A DNA stretch of 64,000 nt from a bacterium (GTDB taxonomy: Bacteria > Electryoneota > Electryoneia > Electryoneales > Electryoneaceae), in the NCBI GenBank assembly GCA_963669175.1, contig OY769902.1, forward strand, positions 2,677,586-2,741,585, read 5' to 3'. Shown one piece after another: positions 50,655 to 61,041 of the stretch. The notes under the pieces were generated by a model. That model worked only from the letters and a program-made list of their open reading frames with translations, was not told the origin of the DNA and did no database searches. Made by a program: the position numbers and the translations under genes. Numbering within the stretch: position 1 is the stretch's first letter; each line of letters begins with the position of its first letter.

Positions 50655-51332
50655 ATGGCCAAGTCGCAGAAAAAAGAGGTTGCTGAAAGCAAGATCAGCG
50701 ACGCCACTGTCCGGCGACTCAGCTTGTATTACAGATCGTTAAAGTACGCCTATGACCGTGGGATGCGTACCATCAGCAGCCAGGAACTTGCAGACATGAA
50801 CAACCTGACGGCTGCACAGGTTCGCAAAGATTTATCCTTCTTCGGCGCTTTTGGACGACGGGGATTGGGATACTACGTTGCCGATTTGCAGCGAAACATC
50901 GCACGGATTCTCGGTGTCAACAAAACCTGGAATGTGGCCCTGATCGGCGCCGGCAATATCGGTCGTGCACTCGTCGATTATGACCAGTTCCGGCAGCAGG
51001 GATTCCTGATCAAGCTGATCTGTGATAATGACCCGCAAAAGATCGGTAAGATCGTTCACGGTCTGGAAGTAAAAGACTTTGCCAATATTGACGAAGAGGT
51101 GAAGTCGAACAAGATTAAAGTCGCGATTGTTGCTGTTCCGGCGGGAGTGGCGCAACCGGTTGTTGATCGCCTGGTAGAATGCAAGGTGCGTGCGATTATG
51201 AACTTTGCGCCGATTACCTTGCAGGTTCCGGATACGGTCTTTATCCGAAATGAGAACATGGCGATTGAAATTGAGTCGCTTAGTTTCGCCCTGACCAACC
51301 GGAAAGAGCCGCTGCGGACAATGGGTGGTTGA
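50655..51332 (+). CDS. rex: Redox-sensing transcriptional repressor Rex
   Basis: Winged-helix ...ATVRRLSLYYRSL...ISSQELA...AAQVRKDLSFFG... followed by the Rossmann NADH-binding motif VALIGAGNIGRAL. Confidence 0.85.
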   Translation: MAKSQKKEVAESKISDATVRRLSLYYRSLKYAYDRGMRTISSQELADMNNLTAAQVRKDLSFFGAFGRRGLGYYVADLQRNIARILGVNKTWNVALIGAGNIGRALVDYDQFRQQGFLIKLICDNDPQKIGKIVHGLEVKDFANIDEEVKSNKIKVAIVAVPAGVAQPVVDRLVECKVRAIMNFAPITLQVPDTVFIRNENMAIEIESLSFALTNRKEPLRTMGG

Positions 51333-51553
51333 GCTGAGTTACGATTCCGAGAGTATTCGATTCCCCTGTGTCAAAGCAGGGGAATTGTTGTTCTGGGGGA
51401 AATGATTGGAACATGTCAGTAGTAAATGGGAGTGTCAAGAGGGGTTTAATTGCACGTATGTCGAGCAGCATCCAGATTAAAATCGAGGGAAAAAAGACAT
51501 CATACAAGACTTTGGGATTGAACAGTAAACCGGTTTCGAGCGCAAGTGTCGTC

Positions 51554-53281
51554 ATGAACCTTCAACGGTCTATACTTCTCCCCATTCTGTTTTTGATCCT
51601 TTCCGGCTGCCTGCATGCCCGGCCGGCGCGTGAGCTACGCCTGAAACGTATCGATGTCAATGCCGATGTAGCAGTATCACAAAGCGAAGTTGAAGACTAT
51701 TGCGGACTTAAAGCAGGGAACATGTATACACCGGATGAACTTGAGCTTGCTAAAGATTCTCTATTTACCGGTTTGAATGCCGCTGGCTGGTTCCTCGCTG
51801 AAATAACTGATTATGAAATACAAATAGCGGAAGATGTATCCGAGGCAACCCTGCACATCCTGCTTGACCCCGGTCCACCTGCGATTGTTGATACAGTCAT
51901 TCTTTCCGGCCCACTGGGAGGACGTGGCAGTGAAATTCAGTCACGGTTCCGCACGAAGCAGGGAAGAAGGTTTAATCCTGTGGTTTGGGCAGCGGATATG
52001 GAAAGAGCGGTTACCTGGCTGGAGAACCGTGGCTTTCCCTTTGCCAAGGCAGAGACGGCAAGATTAACGCCTGAATTCTCTGGTGATTCCATCCTGGTCA
52101 CTGCAGAAATGAGAATAACTCCCGGCCTTGCAGTCACCATTGATGAGCTGGAGGTTGCAGGATTAACGCGCACCAAACAAAAGGTAGCGCGGAGGATTCT
52201 TTCGATCAGACCGGGGCGCCTGTACAATCCTTCCCGGGCAGAACGCGCTAAACGAAGATTGCTCCGTACCGGGTGGTTTTCAGAAGTGCAGACGGCGGAG
52301 ATATTTCGTAACCAGGAAGGCCGGTTCGGCCTGGTCTACAAAGCCCAGGAACAGCCTACCAGCAGCGTTTCAGGTGCGTTGGGCTATGCGCCCCAGGGGG
52401 AGGATACAAAGGGTGTGACGGGGCAGATTGACGCATCCTTTGGAAACCTTTTCGGAACAGGAAGGCGATTGGATTTCAACTGGCAACGTGTCAGCGATGA
52501 CGAACGCTCGTTTGCTGTATTGTATCGTGAACCTTATCTCTTCGGAGCGCCGCTGAACCTGGATATTCAGCTTTCGCAGGAGAATATCGATTCAGTATAC
52601 CTCGCACGGGTTTACGGACTGGAAGCGACCTACATGGCTGGAATGACCTGGGAGGTGTTGGGCGGTATCAAACGTCGTGAGATTCATGCAGACAGTACGA
52701 TTGCCGACAATGACAGTCTGTCCTACAATTTGATCGGCTTTACCGCCGGCATTCGTATTGATACACGGGATCGCGCCACAAACCCGAGTATCGGCGGGTA
52801 CTACGAAGTTCGTACAGAGCGCTATCTCCCGACAGGCGAATCAAGCGACCAGTATCAGGATCAGTTTGTTAACAGCATTTCAGTACGACACAATTTGCCT
52901 GTTGGACGAGGTTTTATCATTCATGGTGGTGTATCCTACAAAGAGATCACTGTTGATAGCGGACAGCCTCCGTACGCCGAATGGGTGCGCATCGGGGGAG
53001 GGAGTACGGTTCGGGGATACCTGGAAAACTCGCTTACGGCTCCCCGTGCCGGATGGAGCACGATAGAACTTAGAAGGTTGCTTGGGCCGGAATCACGAGT
53101 GTTCCTGTTTGCCGATGCTGCTGTGTTGTCGCGGGTAGATGATACAAGCTGGAAAAGCTCATTGGGAGCCGGGTTGCAGCTTGATGCCGGGGGCGGAATC
53201 ATGAACATTGCCATCGCATTGCCTTCAGGACAGGGGCTAAACCAGTCAGTGGTCCATGCGTCAGTGTCAACGAGATTCTGA
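51554..53281 (+). CDS. Omp85-family outer-membrane protein (BamA/TamA-like; POTRA plus bacterial-surface-antigen beta-barrel)
   Basis: Lipoprotein-like signal MNLQRSILLPILFLILSGC, POTRA-like segments, and a C-terminal beta-barrel ending ...VVHASVSTRF (terminal Phe). Start moved to Met at 51554 because the upstream part of the track ORF is Cys/Gly-rich and lacks a signal peptide. Confidence 0.65.
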   Translation: MNLQRSILLPILFLILSGCLHARPARELRLKRIDVNADVAVSQSEVEDYCGLKAGNMYTPDELELAKDSLFTGLNAAGWFLAEITDYEIQIAEDVSEATLHILLDPGPPAIVDTVILSGPLGGRGSEIQSRFRTKQGRRFNPVVWAADMERAVTWLENRGFPFAKAETARLTPEFSGDSILVTAEMRITPGLAVTIDELEVAGLTRTKQKVARRILSIRPGRLYNPSRAERAKRRLLRTGWFSEVQTAEIFRNQEGRFGLVYKAQEQPTSSVSGALGYAPQGEDTKGVTGQIDASFGNLFGTGRRLDFNWQRVSDDERSFAVLYREPYLFGAPLNLDIQLSQENIDSVYLARVYGLEATYMAGMTWEVLGGIKRREIHADSTIADNDSLSYNLIGFTAGIRIDTRDRATNPSIGGYYEVRTERYLPTGESSDQYQDQFVNSISVRHNLPVGRGFIIHGGVSYKEITVDSGQPPYAEWVRIGGGSTVRGYLENSLTAPRAGWSTIELRRLLGPESRVFLFADAAVLSRVDDTSWKSSLGAGLQLDAGGGIMNIAIALPSGQGLNQSVVHASVSTRF

Positions 53282-53461
53282 AATTGCAAACGTCTCTCTT
53301 CTGCCAGTCGTGAGTGATATTACAAACATCCTTATTGCATGCCTTTCTCGTATATTGCACTTTGTCTTTACGCTCTGCTCTCCCAGGGGAGCAAATAAAC
53401 AGCGGGATCAATACAGTTCTTTTGCGGGTATAACCTGACAGGTTAAACCTACGAGTACAGC

Positions 53462-56400
53462 ATGATGATGCTACAGTTGCGGCAACACTTTTCGATTCGT
53501 TCAACCAGCACAAGACCACTCCCTCTATTTGTTTTTCTTGTACTTGCCATGTTGTTTGTACTGCCTTTGGGAGCATTCGGCCAATATTTCGGTCAGAACA
53601 AAGTCAACTATAATATGCACGAATGGTACTATCTAAGGACTGAACATTTCGATATTTACCACCCGAAAGACGAGTATGAACTGGCCAAGTTCACTGCATG
53701 GACGGCTGAACGCTCGCTTCAGGATATTCAGGAATCCTTTAACTGGCAACTGACATCACGGGTAATATTCATTGTTTACCCGAATCATAACGAGTTTCAG
53801 CAGACAAACGTAGGCGGCTTTATCGGTGAATCCACAGGTGGTTTTACCGAGTTTATGAAGAATCGCGTCGTTATTCCATTTGAAGGGAATTACGAGAAGT
53901 TCCGGCATGTGATCCACCATGAGTTGACTCATGCTGTCATGCTGCGAATGTTGTATGGAGAAGGTTTGCAGAGCATCATCACCGGCATCAGCCGGATGCC
54001 GATCCCGTTATGGTTCATTGAAGGTCTGGCTGAATATGAATCAAACTATGGCTGGGATACAGAATCAGACATGTATATACGTGATGCCATCATCAATGAT
54101 TACCTGATGCCGATTGAACATTTGCAAGGGTATTTCATTTATAAGGGCGGACAATCTGTATTGTGGTATATCGCACAACGATATGGCGACGAGAAAATTG
54201 GAGAGCTTCTGCATAAAATTCGTTCAAGCCGTGATCCACTCCGAGCATTCAAGAATACACTCGGGGTTGATTTGGAGGAATTGAGCAAACGCTGGCAACG
54301 TCATCTGAAACGCGAAATCTGGCCGACATCTGCCGAATATGAAAATCCGGATGATTTTGCCGAACGTATAACAGATCACGAAGAATGGTACAATTTTGTG
54401 AATACGTCACCGGCTTTATCACCCAAGGGTGACAAACTGGTATTTCTCTCCGACAAGGATGATTATTACAGTATTTACCTGATGTCAACGGTGACAGGTA
54501 ACATTGAGCGCAGGCTGGTTCGTGGTTCAAAGTTTGACCTGTTTGAAAAGCTGTTATGGATACGTCCCTGGATTGACTGGTCGCCGGATGGACGTCAAAT
54601 CGTATTTGTTGCGGAATCCGGCGCAGAAGATGCACTCTATACAATAAACGTAAAATCCGGGAAGGTGACTGAAGAAATCAAACTGGGCATGGATGGAGTG
54701 TATAGTCCGAAATGGTCACCGGATGGAAAGAAGATTCTCTTTGCCGGGTTTACCGGTGGTCAGAGTGATATCTATACCTACGATCTGACCGACGGCACCA
54801 CGACGCAATTAACCGATGATATTTTCAGTGATTTTGATCCGGCCTGGTCGATGGATGGACAAAAAGTGTTGTTCATTTCAGATCGTCTTGAATTTGTGAC
54901 TCAGCCTGAAGACGGTTTTGAGATGTATAACCATGCCTATCATTACAGCAATGTGTACATGCTTGATGCTAAAAGCGGTGTAGTTGAACGTATCACTGAA
55001 GGCTTTTTCAATGACCGTACACCGTCGTTCACCCCTGCGCAGGATACCATCAGTTTCGTATCGGACCGGAACGGTATTCAGAATCTGTATTTGATGGACC
55101 TGAACACACGCGAATACTGGGCTGTGAGTGATATTCTTACCGGCATCACGCAACCAAGCTGGTCACGGGAGGGGACAGTTGCGTTTTCCTGTTTCTTCAA
55201 TGCCGGCTATGATGTATACCTGTACAAGAATCCGTTTGCTCCTGAAAGACGCAAAGATCTGAAGCCGACGGCCTACATGCACATGATGGCAGATCGTTAT
55301 CAGGAACGTACTGGTGATTCCCTGCGAGCAGATGTGTCCATGTCATTCCCGCTAGAATGGCTGCAAGTCGATCCTGCATTTCAGGGTGGTGATCCCAGTG
55401 TTGCCGATTCCATTGAAAACATCACGACTTTAAAAGTTCCGGTAGAATATTTCGATATTCTGGGACAAGTAGCAGGTGACAGTATAACCGTAGAAAACGA
55501 TGACGATTCTACCACCATCATCATCAAACGTCCAGAAAGAGTTGATCTGGAGAATGGCGTATTGGCCCTGAAGGATACGCTGGATGCTGATGTTATTCAG
55601 CGATTGGAAACCACGACCAGATACATAGTGACTGAAATTGATACTGCCACAGTATCTTTGAACGATCATGATTCCACGGACACCGGTGAAGAAATTACGG
55701 AGAATCGTGGCGCTGGCGGGGTGAGACTGGTGCCGGATAATCGTCCTGGTGAAGTGAAAGCCATGGAAAGTTCACCGTTTACACATTATGTCTTCCGTCC
55801 CTACTACGATGATAATAATGATGAGCCCGTTGACAGCCTGCAAGAGAAGGAAGAAGAAACCGGGCCCATGATGACGGAAGATGGAGAATTTGTTCAGAAT
55901 AAATATAAACTCAAATTCTCCCCCGATGTTGTCAATGCGACTGCCGGTTATGATACATACTTCGGTTTGCAGGGGATGGGGCAGATCATGTTCAGTGACG
56001 TGCTGGGCAACCACATCATGTACCTTGTAACTGACATGTATTACAGCTTCGAGAATTCCAACTTTGCTTTCTACTACTATTACCTGCCAAACCGTTGGGA
56101 TATCGGCGGCGGTGTTTTCCACAATGTCTATTTCTTCAACTATGGGGATATTCGCGACCGGAACTATGGTTTCTCCCTTGATGCGATCTATCCTTTTGAT
56201 AAATATAGACGTGTCGATTTCTCCATGTCGTATGTCAACATTGAACGCGATTTGTGGAACTGGGATCTTTACGACTACGAGCATACACAATCCCAGCATT
56301 TTATCCTTCCATCGATTGCCTATGTTTCAGATAATACCCTGTGGGGGTGGACCGGTCCGATGAACGGGCATCGTTATCGAGTCGGTTTCTCCTATAGTCC

Positions 56401-57031
56401 GAAACTGGCTGAGGATACCAAGTGGGGACTGGATTTTAAAACGATTTCCTTTGATGCACGAAAATACTGGCACCTTGGCCTGGATTACGTTCTCACGACA
56501 CGCATAGCCGGCGCTGCAAGCTACGGCCAGAATCCGCAACGGTTCTTCCTTGGTGGTGTGCCGAACTGGATCAACCGTCGGTTTGAGGGGGGGGATATCC
56601 GGGTAGACCTGAATGATGTCTATTTCTCGTCATTCGCAACCCCACTCAGAGGCGCTGATTATTATGAAAAGGATGGGAACCGTTACCTGTTGCTTAACCA
56701 GGAATTCCGCTTCCCGCTTATTCGGCAAATGCTGTTTGGTTGGCCACTTCCATTATTCTTCTACAACATTCGAGGCGCGGTTTTCTTTGACGCCGGAGCG
56801 GCATGGTATGGCCCCGGCTCGGCGCCCGATGGACAACCGGAAGGGTTCAAGATGTTCCACAAACCTTATCCCTATCAAGGTGATTATTTCCGGGATGTTG
56901 CCGTAGGGTATGGTTGGGGGGCACGTGTCGATCTTGGGATATTCCTGCTAAAGTGGGATATGGCTTGGGAAAATACCTGGCATTCAGTATCGAAACCCAA
57001 GTTCTACGTTTCCCTGGGAACAGACCTGTAA
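53462..57031 (+). CDS. 1189-aa outer-membrane protein: Peptidase_MA_2-like HExxH domain plus TolB-like PD40 beta-propeller repeats plus C-terminal Omp85 (Bac_surface_Ag) beta-barrel
   Basis: Signal peptide. HHELTHAVM ... PLWFIEGLAEYES (HExxH plus a downstream Glu). Multiple PD40 repeats (SPKWSPDGKKILFAG, DPAWSMDGQKVLFISDR, DWSPDGRQIVFV). The C-terminal 350 aa carry BamA-like blocks (YGQNPQRFFLGG...LRGADYY...LLNQEFRFPL...GAVFFDAGAAWYG). Confidence 0.6.
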   Translation: MMMLQLRQHFSIRSTSTRPLPLFVFLVLAMLFVLPLGAFGQYFGQNKVNYNMHEWYYLRTEHFDIYHPKDEYELAKFTAWTAERSLQDIQESFNWQLTSRVIFIVYPNHNEFQQTNVGGFIGESTGGFTEFMKNRVVIPFEGNYEKFRHVIHHELTHAVMLRMLYGEGLQSIITGISRMPIPLWFIEGLAEYESNYGWDTESDMYIRDAIINDYLMPIEHLQGYFIYKGGQSVLWYIAQRYGDEKIGELLHKIRSSRDPLRAFKNTLGVDLEELSKRWQRHLKREIWPTSAEYENPDDFAERITDHEEWYNFVNTSPALSPKGDKLVFLSDKDDYYSIYLMSTVTGNIERRLVRGSKFDLFEKLLWIRPWIDWSPDGRQIVFVAESGAEDALYTINVKSGKVTEEIKLGMDGVYSPKWSPDGKKILFAGFTGGQSDIYTYDLTDGTTTQLTDDIFSDFDPAWSMDGQKVLFISDRLEFVTQPEDGFEMYNHAYHYSNVYMLDAKSGVVERITEGFFNDRTPSFTPAQDTISFVSDRNGIQNLYLMDLNTREYWAVSDILTGITQPSWSREGTVAFSCFFNAGYDVYLYKNPFAPERRKDLKPTAYMHMMADRYQERTGDSLRADVSMSFPLEWLQVDPAFQGGDPSVADSIENITTLKVPVEYFDILGQVAGDSITVENDDDSTTIIIKRPERVDLENGVLALKDTLDADVIQRLETTTRYIVTEIDTATVSLNDHDSTDTGEEITENRGAGGVRLVPDNRPGEVKAMESSPFTHYVFRPYYDDNNDEPVDSLQEKEEETGPMMTEDGEFVQNKYKLKFSPDVVNATAGYDTYFGLQGMGQIMFSDVLGNHIMYLVTDMYYSFENSNFAFYYYYLPNRWDIGGGVFHNVYFFNYGDIRDRNYGFSLDAIYPFDKYRRVDFSMSYVNIERDLWNWDLYDYEHTQSQHFILPSIAYVSDNTLWGWTGPMNGHRYRVGFSYSPKLAEDTKWGLDFKTISFDARKYWHLGLDYVLTTRIAGAASYGQNPQRFFLGGVPNWINRRFEGGDIRVDLNDVYFSSFATPLRGADYYEKDGNRYLLLNQEFRFPLIRQMLFGWPLPLFFYNIRGAVFFDAGAAWYGPGSAPDGQPEGFKMFHKPYPYQGDYFRDVAVGYGWGARVDLGIFLLKWDMAWENTWHSVSKPKFYVSLGTDL

Positions 57032-57242
57032 AAACTGAATTCGAGCATGCAATGCGGCCGATTCATGTGAGAATCGGCCTTTTTTATCTCTTCGTCTACA
57101 ATTGTACAATGAATGTCTTCCATATCTCCTGTCATACTTGTATTTTTAATGTAAAATCTTTCACAAGCTTGCACCAAATAAAATTTAAGTGTACACTAAT
57201 GGATCAGGGAAGTGGACAACCTATTCAACAAGGAGATAGACC

Positions 57243-58988
57243 ATGAAGATGGGAAAGTGGTTAACACTTTTGTTGGCATTTTTGATGCTTTTTACACTGG
57301 GCACATTCGTCGGGTGTGAGGATTCGGAAGATGACGATGATGACGATGGCAGCAATTCAGTCCTGGTTGGCTCCTGGTATCGTTATTCGTTTATGGCAGG
57401 ATCCACAAATGTCTTTTTTCAAGCCAAGACAGTAATTAATTCCAATGGCTCAGGAACTACATATACTTATGATCTTGTAGATGGTGACGTCATACCATCT
57501 ACTGATTATTTCACATGGACGGACAATGATAATGTAATGACCATCTATAATGAGGACGGGGATGTTGAATTCTCCGGCAGCTTTACTTCCACTTCAGGCG
57601 GCACGGTCATTACGACTACGTATCAGGAAGATGGCATTTCCATGGCTGAAACGTCTGTTCGGGAATGTACTGGTCATGAAGCGGGAATGGTCGGAACCTG
57701 GCAGGGAGTGACGTACACCCTCAACGGACAGGCAGAGTCGATTGCCAACTGGGAATTCACGTTTAACGAGGATGGCACCTACACATTTACAGGATGGGGC
57801 GAAACGGATGCTGGCGAGTGGGCAACCGATGGCGCCTATTTCCTGGGTGTAAGCGATGATGATCCGATGGGACGTGGCTATGGGCTTTACCAGTACACCC
57901 TTTCCAATAATGATAGCACAGTAACCCTGACAGGATATGAGGGTGAGATAGATGAAGATTCCGGCTATCCCGAATCCTATGCTGTTCAACTTGTTTTTAC
58001 AAAGGGAACCGGCGGTGGTGTTGTCGTGGATACGGATCTGGTCGGAACCTGGCATACATACTCATATGATCTGTATGATGGAAGCACGAACACGCGCCTT
58101 AACATACCCACAAAGGAAGTCCTTAGTGATGATGGCACGGGTGTTCGCGTGACTATTGATGACGGGAATCTGGAAACTGAGAATTTCACCTGGACCGCGA
58201 ATAATAATTCCATTACGGTTTATGATTCAGATGGGAATGTAGAATTCTCCGGCACTTACCAGATCAGTAACAACGTCGTTACAACTTCCTTTGAAGATGA
58301 GTGGACAGACGGTGAAACGTACACGATTACCGTTACGAGTGTTAAGGAAACTGGTGATATCGACGTAAATGTACCGGGTGATTATGTACCGAGCACCTAC
58401 AAAATCGATGATGTGCTATACTACTATGAAGAATACGTTGTGTTTAATGATGACGGGACCGGTTCTTCGACCTATATCGATGGTGATACCGGCGTTAGTC
58501 AGGATGTGACCTGGTCCACCAACGGTTTGTACATGATTCTGTATACGGAAGACCTGCAAGGTTTGGCGTATGTGCTTCAATACGACTGGTATACGGATGG
58601 CTTGCTGGACATTAACTACTATTATGAGGATGCACGGGTAACGTCGCAGTACGTTGAGAACACTGGCGAACTCGATACTAGACTGGTAGGATCATGGTAT
58701 CTTACAGCTCGCACGATCAATAATGAGGATGATCCGGATATGCCGGATGATGCAACTTTTATACTGGATGCAGATGGAAATGCAACCGGTGAATGGGATG
58801 GCGAAACCTACGCCTTCACCATGACGACCAACGAAGGCTGGATGCTGCAGTTCCCAACCGAGTATGATGTGACTGTTGGTACAGCATACAGCTATACCGT
58901 CAGTGGGGACGCCTTGGTCGTGCACTACAGAGAAGAAGACGGCGCTGATGGATCGTATATTGTCGAAAGTTGGGCCAGGCTGCAATAG
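57243..58988 (+). CDS. Repeat lipoprotein (4 internal modules of about 140 aa, each starting LVG[ST]W[YH]); paralog 1
   Basis: Lipobox LGTFVGC followed by an acidic DSEDDDDDDG linker. Modules begin LVGSWYRY, MVGTWQGV, LVGTWHTY, LVGSWYLT, in a lipocalin-like/DUF-type repeat organisation. Confidence 0.55.
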   Translation: MKMGKWLTLLLAFLMLFTLGTFVGCEDSEDDDDDDGSNSVLVGSWYRYSFMAGSTNVFFQAKTVINSNGSGTTYTYDLVDGDVIPSTDYFTWTDNDNVMTIYNEDGDVEFSGSFTSTSGGTVITTTYQEDGISMAETSVRECTGHEAGMVGTWQGVTYTLNGQAESIANWEFTFNEDGTYTFTGWGETDAGEWATDGAYFLGVSDDDPMGRGYGLYQYTLSNNDSTVTLTGYEGEIDEDSGYPESYAVQLVFTKGTGGGVVVDTDLVGTWHTYSYDLYDGSTNTRLNIPTKEVLSDDGTGVRVTIDDGNLETENFTWTANNNSITVYDSDGNVEFSGTYQISNNVVTTSFEDEWTDGETYTITVTSVKETGDIDVNVPGDYVPSTYKIDDVLYYYEEYVVFNDDGTGSSTYIDGDTGVSQDVTWSTNGLYMILYTEDLQGLAYVLQYDWYTDGLLDINYYYEDARVTSQYVENTGELDTRLVGSWYLTARTINNEDDPDMPDDATFILDADGNATGEWDGETYAFTMTTNEGWMLQFPTEYDVTVGTAYSYTVSGDALVVHYREEDGADGSYIVESWARLQ

Positions 58989-59310
58989 CAGGAATATCGT
59001 CAACATTTCAACCGGATCTCGGCAACGGGATCCGGTTTTTTCATGAGTCCGGACCTGTTCATTTTTATACAGTTGTAAGAAATGGACCGATAGAAGAATT
59101 GAGCCGGATTAGAATGGGCATCAGCACAACGACGTATCGAGTAGATAAACTCGATATGCTTTTTACTGGCTGCTTCCGATATTGTGCAGCACGGTCTCCA
59201 TTTACGGAATGATGATTATACAGTATTGTTTCTGTAGCAATTGTGTTGCAATCGGGGTAAGATAGCGGTAAAATATACTACATTACGTGAGACTAGTCAG
59301 GGAAATAGAC

Positions 59311-61041
59311 ATGAAGACGACGTGTTTCGCAGGACTGCTGGCGCTGTTAATGATATTCGCAATGTGTGCATTCATCGGATGCGATAATTCAGAGCAAAAG
59401 GAAGAAAACGCTTCCATTTTGATTGGCACCTGGTATCGTTATTCGCTGAAGGCAGGACCGACCGACCTTTTTGTACCTTCCAAAGTTGTGATGCATGTAG
59501 ATGGAACCGGCATCAATTACACAACAGAAGTACAGGACGGGTTGCCTGTTGACGCTACCAACGAATTTACCTGGGCAGATGATAATGGTACCATGAGTAT
59601 CTATGGGACCAATGGAGAACTGCAATATTCTGGCCCCTATTCTTTAAACGAGGATAGTACTTTAATTACAACAATTTATGAGGTAGACAGTTTGGATGTA
59701 ACGGAAGTGTCCGTAAAATACTATATCGAGCATGATGAGGCATTGGTGGGGGACTGGTACGGTCTTTCCATTTCACGTGATGGGCAGGAAAATCCAATTC
59801 ATGGTTGGGAATTTTCTTTTTCCATCGGCGGTAGCTACTCCTTTGCCGGATGGGGAACTGAGGATACCGGTATATGGGGAACCAATGGTACCCATTTCAT
59901 GACGATAAGCAACTCAGATATCAAGGGACGGGATTACTGTCTGTATCGCTATTATCTATCCAACCATGACAGCCTTCTGACGTTTTACGGGTTTGAAGCG
60001 GATTGGGATACCGATAGCGAAGATCCGACTGTTTACCAGGTGGCGATGGTTTTAACCAAGGGAGCGGGCACGGAGATTGAAATTGATCCGAACCTGGTAG
60101 GCGTCTGGTATACGTTGCATTATGACCTGTTTGACGGTAACACTACAAAGAGATTAAATATCCCAACCAGGCAGATGATGTACAATGATGGCACCGGGAT
60201 TCGGGAATATTATGAAGGAGGGACTCTGATTTCGGAAATGTTTGCCTGGGAAGCAGCCAACAACGCCTTGACAGAATATGATACCGATGGACAGATCAGT
60301 TATTCTGCGCCGTATTACATTGTCGATAATTCGTTTTCCCTGACTTATAATCGGGAGTGGATGGATGGTGAAGACTACACCATGACAATTCTGAGTATTC
60401 GAGAATCTGAAGAGACTGATGCTTCGCTTGCCGGAGAGTATCTACCGCTTGCTAAAACAGTCAATGGAGTTATTATAGACAGCCAGGAAATAACCCTTAT
60501 TCATGAGGATGGATCCGGTTCTTCCGCAAGATTGGAAGGTGGCGCAGTAACAACCGAAGAGTTTACCTGGACCACTGGTGGGGACTATCTGTTCCTGTAC
60601 AGGGAAGAGATGAACGGTCTTGCATGCGTTATGGGATATAATTTTGACGATACTGATGTACTCGACTTCTTCTATTATGATGATATTGATCATATAAACC
60701 TGCGCTATATCAGGAATACAGGATCATTTGATTCCAGCCTTATCGGTGAATGGAGCCTGACTAACCGGTTGTTGAATGGCGATGAAGATCCTGACGTGCC
60801 TGATAGTGCAACACTTTCTATTTATGGAGACGCAACCGGTTCAAAACTTTGGGGCAGTGCAGAAACTGCATTTTCCCTGAATACGAATTTGCACTGGTTG
60901 CTTCAATACGTTGAAATCGATGGTGTTCTTGTGGGCAGAGTTTGCGATTACACGGTGAATGAGAACATCCTGGTTCTGGATTATCTGCAGGAAGATGGTA
61001 CGGCCGGTACAGAAGTGAGTGAGACTTGGACCAGGCAGTGA
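59311..61041 (+). CDS. Repeat lipoprotein, paralog 2
   Basis: Lipobox CAFIGC (start at Met 59311). Same four-module organisation (LIGTWYRY, LVGDWYGL, LVGVWYTL, LIGEWSLT). About 35-40 % identical to paralog 1. Confidence 0.55.
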   Translation: MKTTCFAGLLALLMIFAMCAFIGCDNSEQKEENASILIGTWYRYSLKAGPTDLFVPSKVVMHVDGTGINYTTEVQDGLPVDATNEFTWADDNGTMSIYGTNGELQYSGPYSLNEDSTLITTIYEVDSLDVTEVSVKYYIEHDEALVGDWYGLSISRDGQENPIHGWEFSFSIGGSYSFAGWGTEDTGIWGTNGTHFMTISNSDIKGRDYCLYRYYLSNHDSLLTFYGFEADWDTDSEDPTVYQVAMVLTKGAGTEIEIDPNLVGVWYTLHYDLFDGNTTKRLNIPTRQMMYNDGTGIREYYEGGTLISEMFAWEAANNALTEYDTDGQISYSAPYYIVDNSFSLTYNREWMDGEDYTMTILSIRESEETDASLAGEYLPLAKTVNGVIIDSQEITLIHEDGSGSSARLEGGAVTTEEFTWTTGGDYLFLYREEMNGLACVMGYNFDDTDVLDFFYYDDIDHINLRYIRNTGSFDSSLIGEWSLTNRLLNGDEDPDVPDSATLSIYGDATGSKLWGSAETAFSLNTNLHWLLQYVEIDGVLVGRVCDYTVNENILVLDYLQEDGTAGTEVSETWTRQ

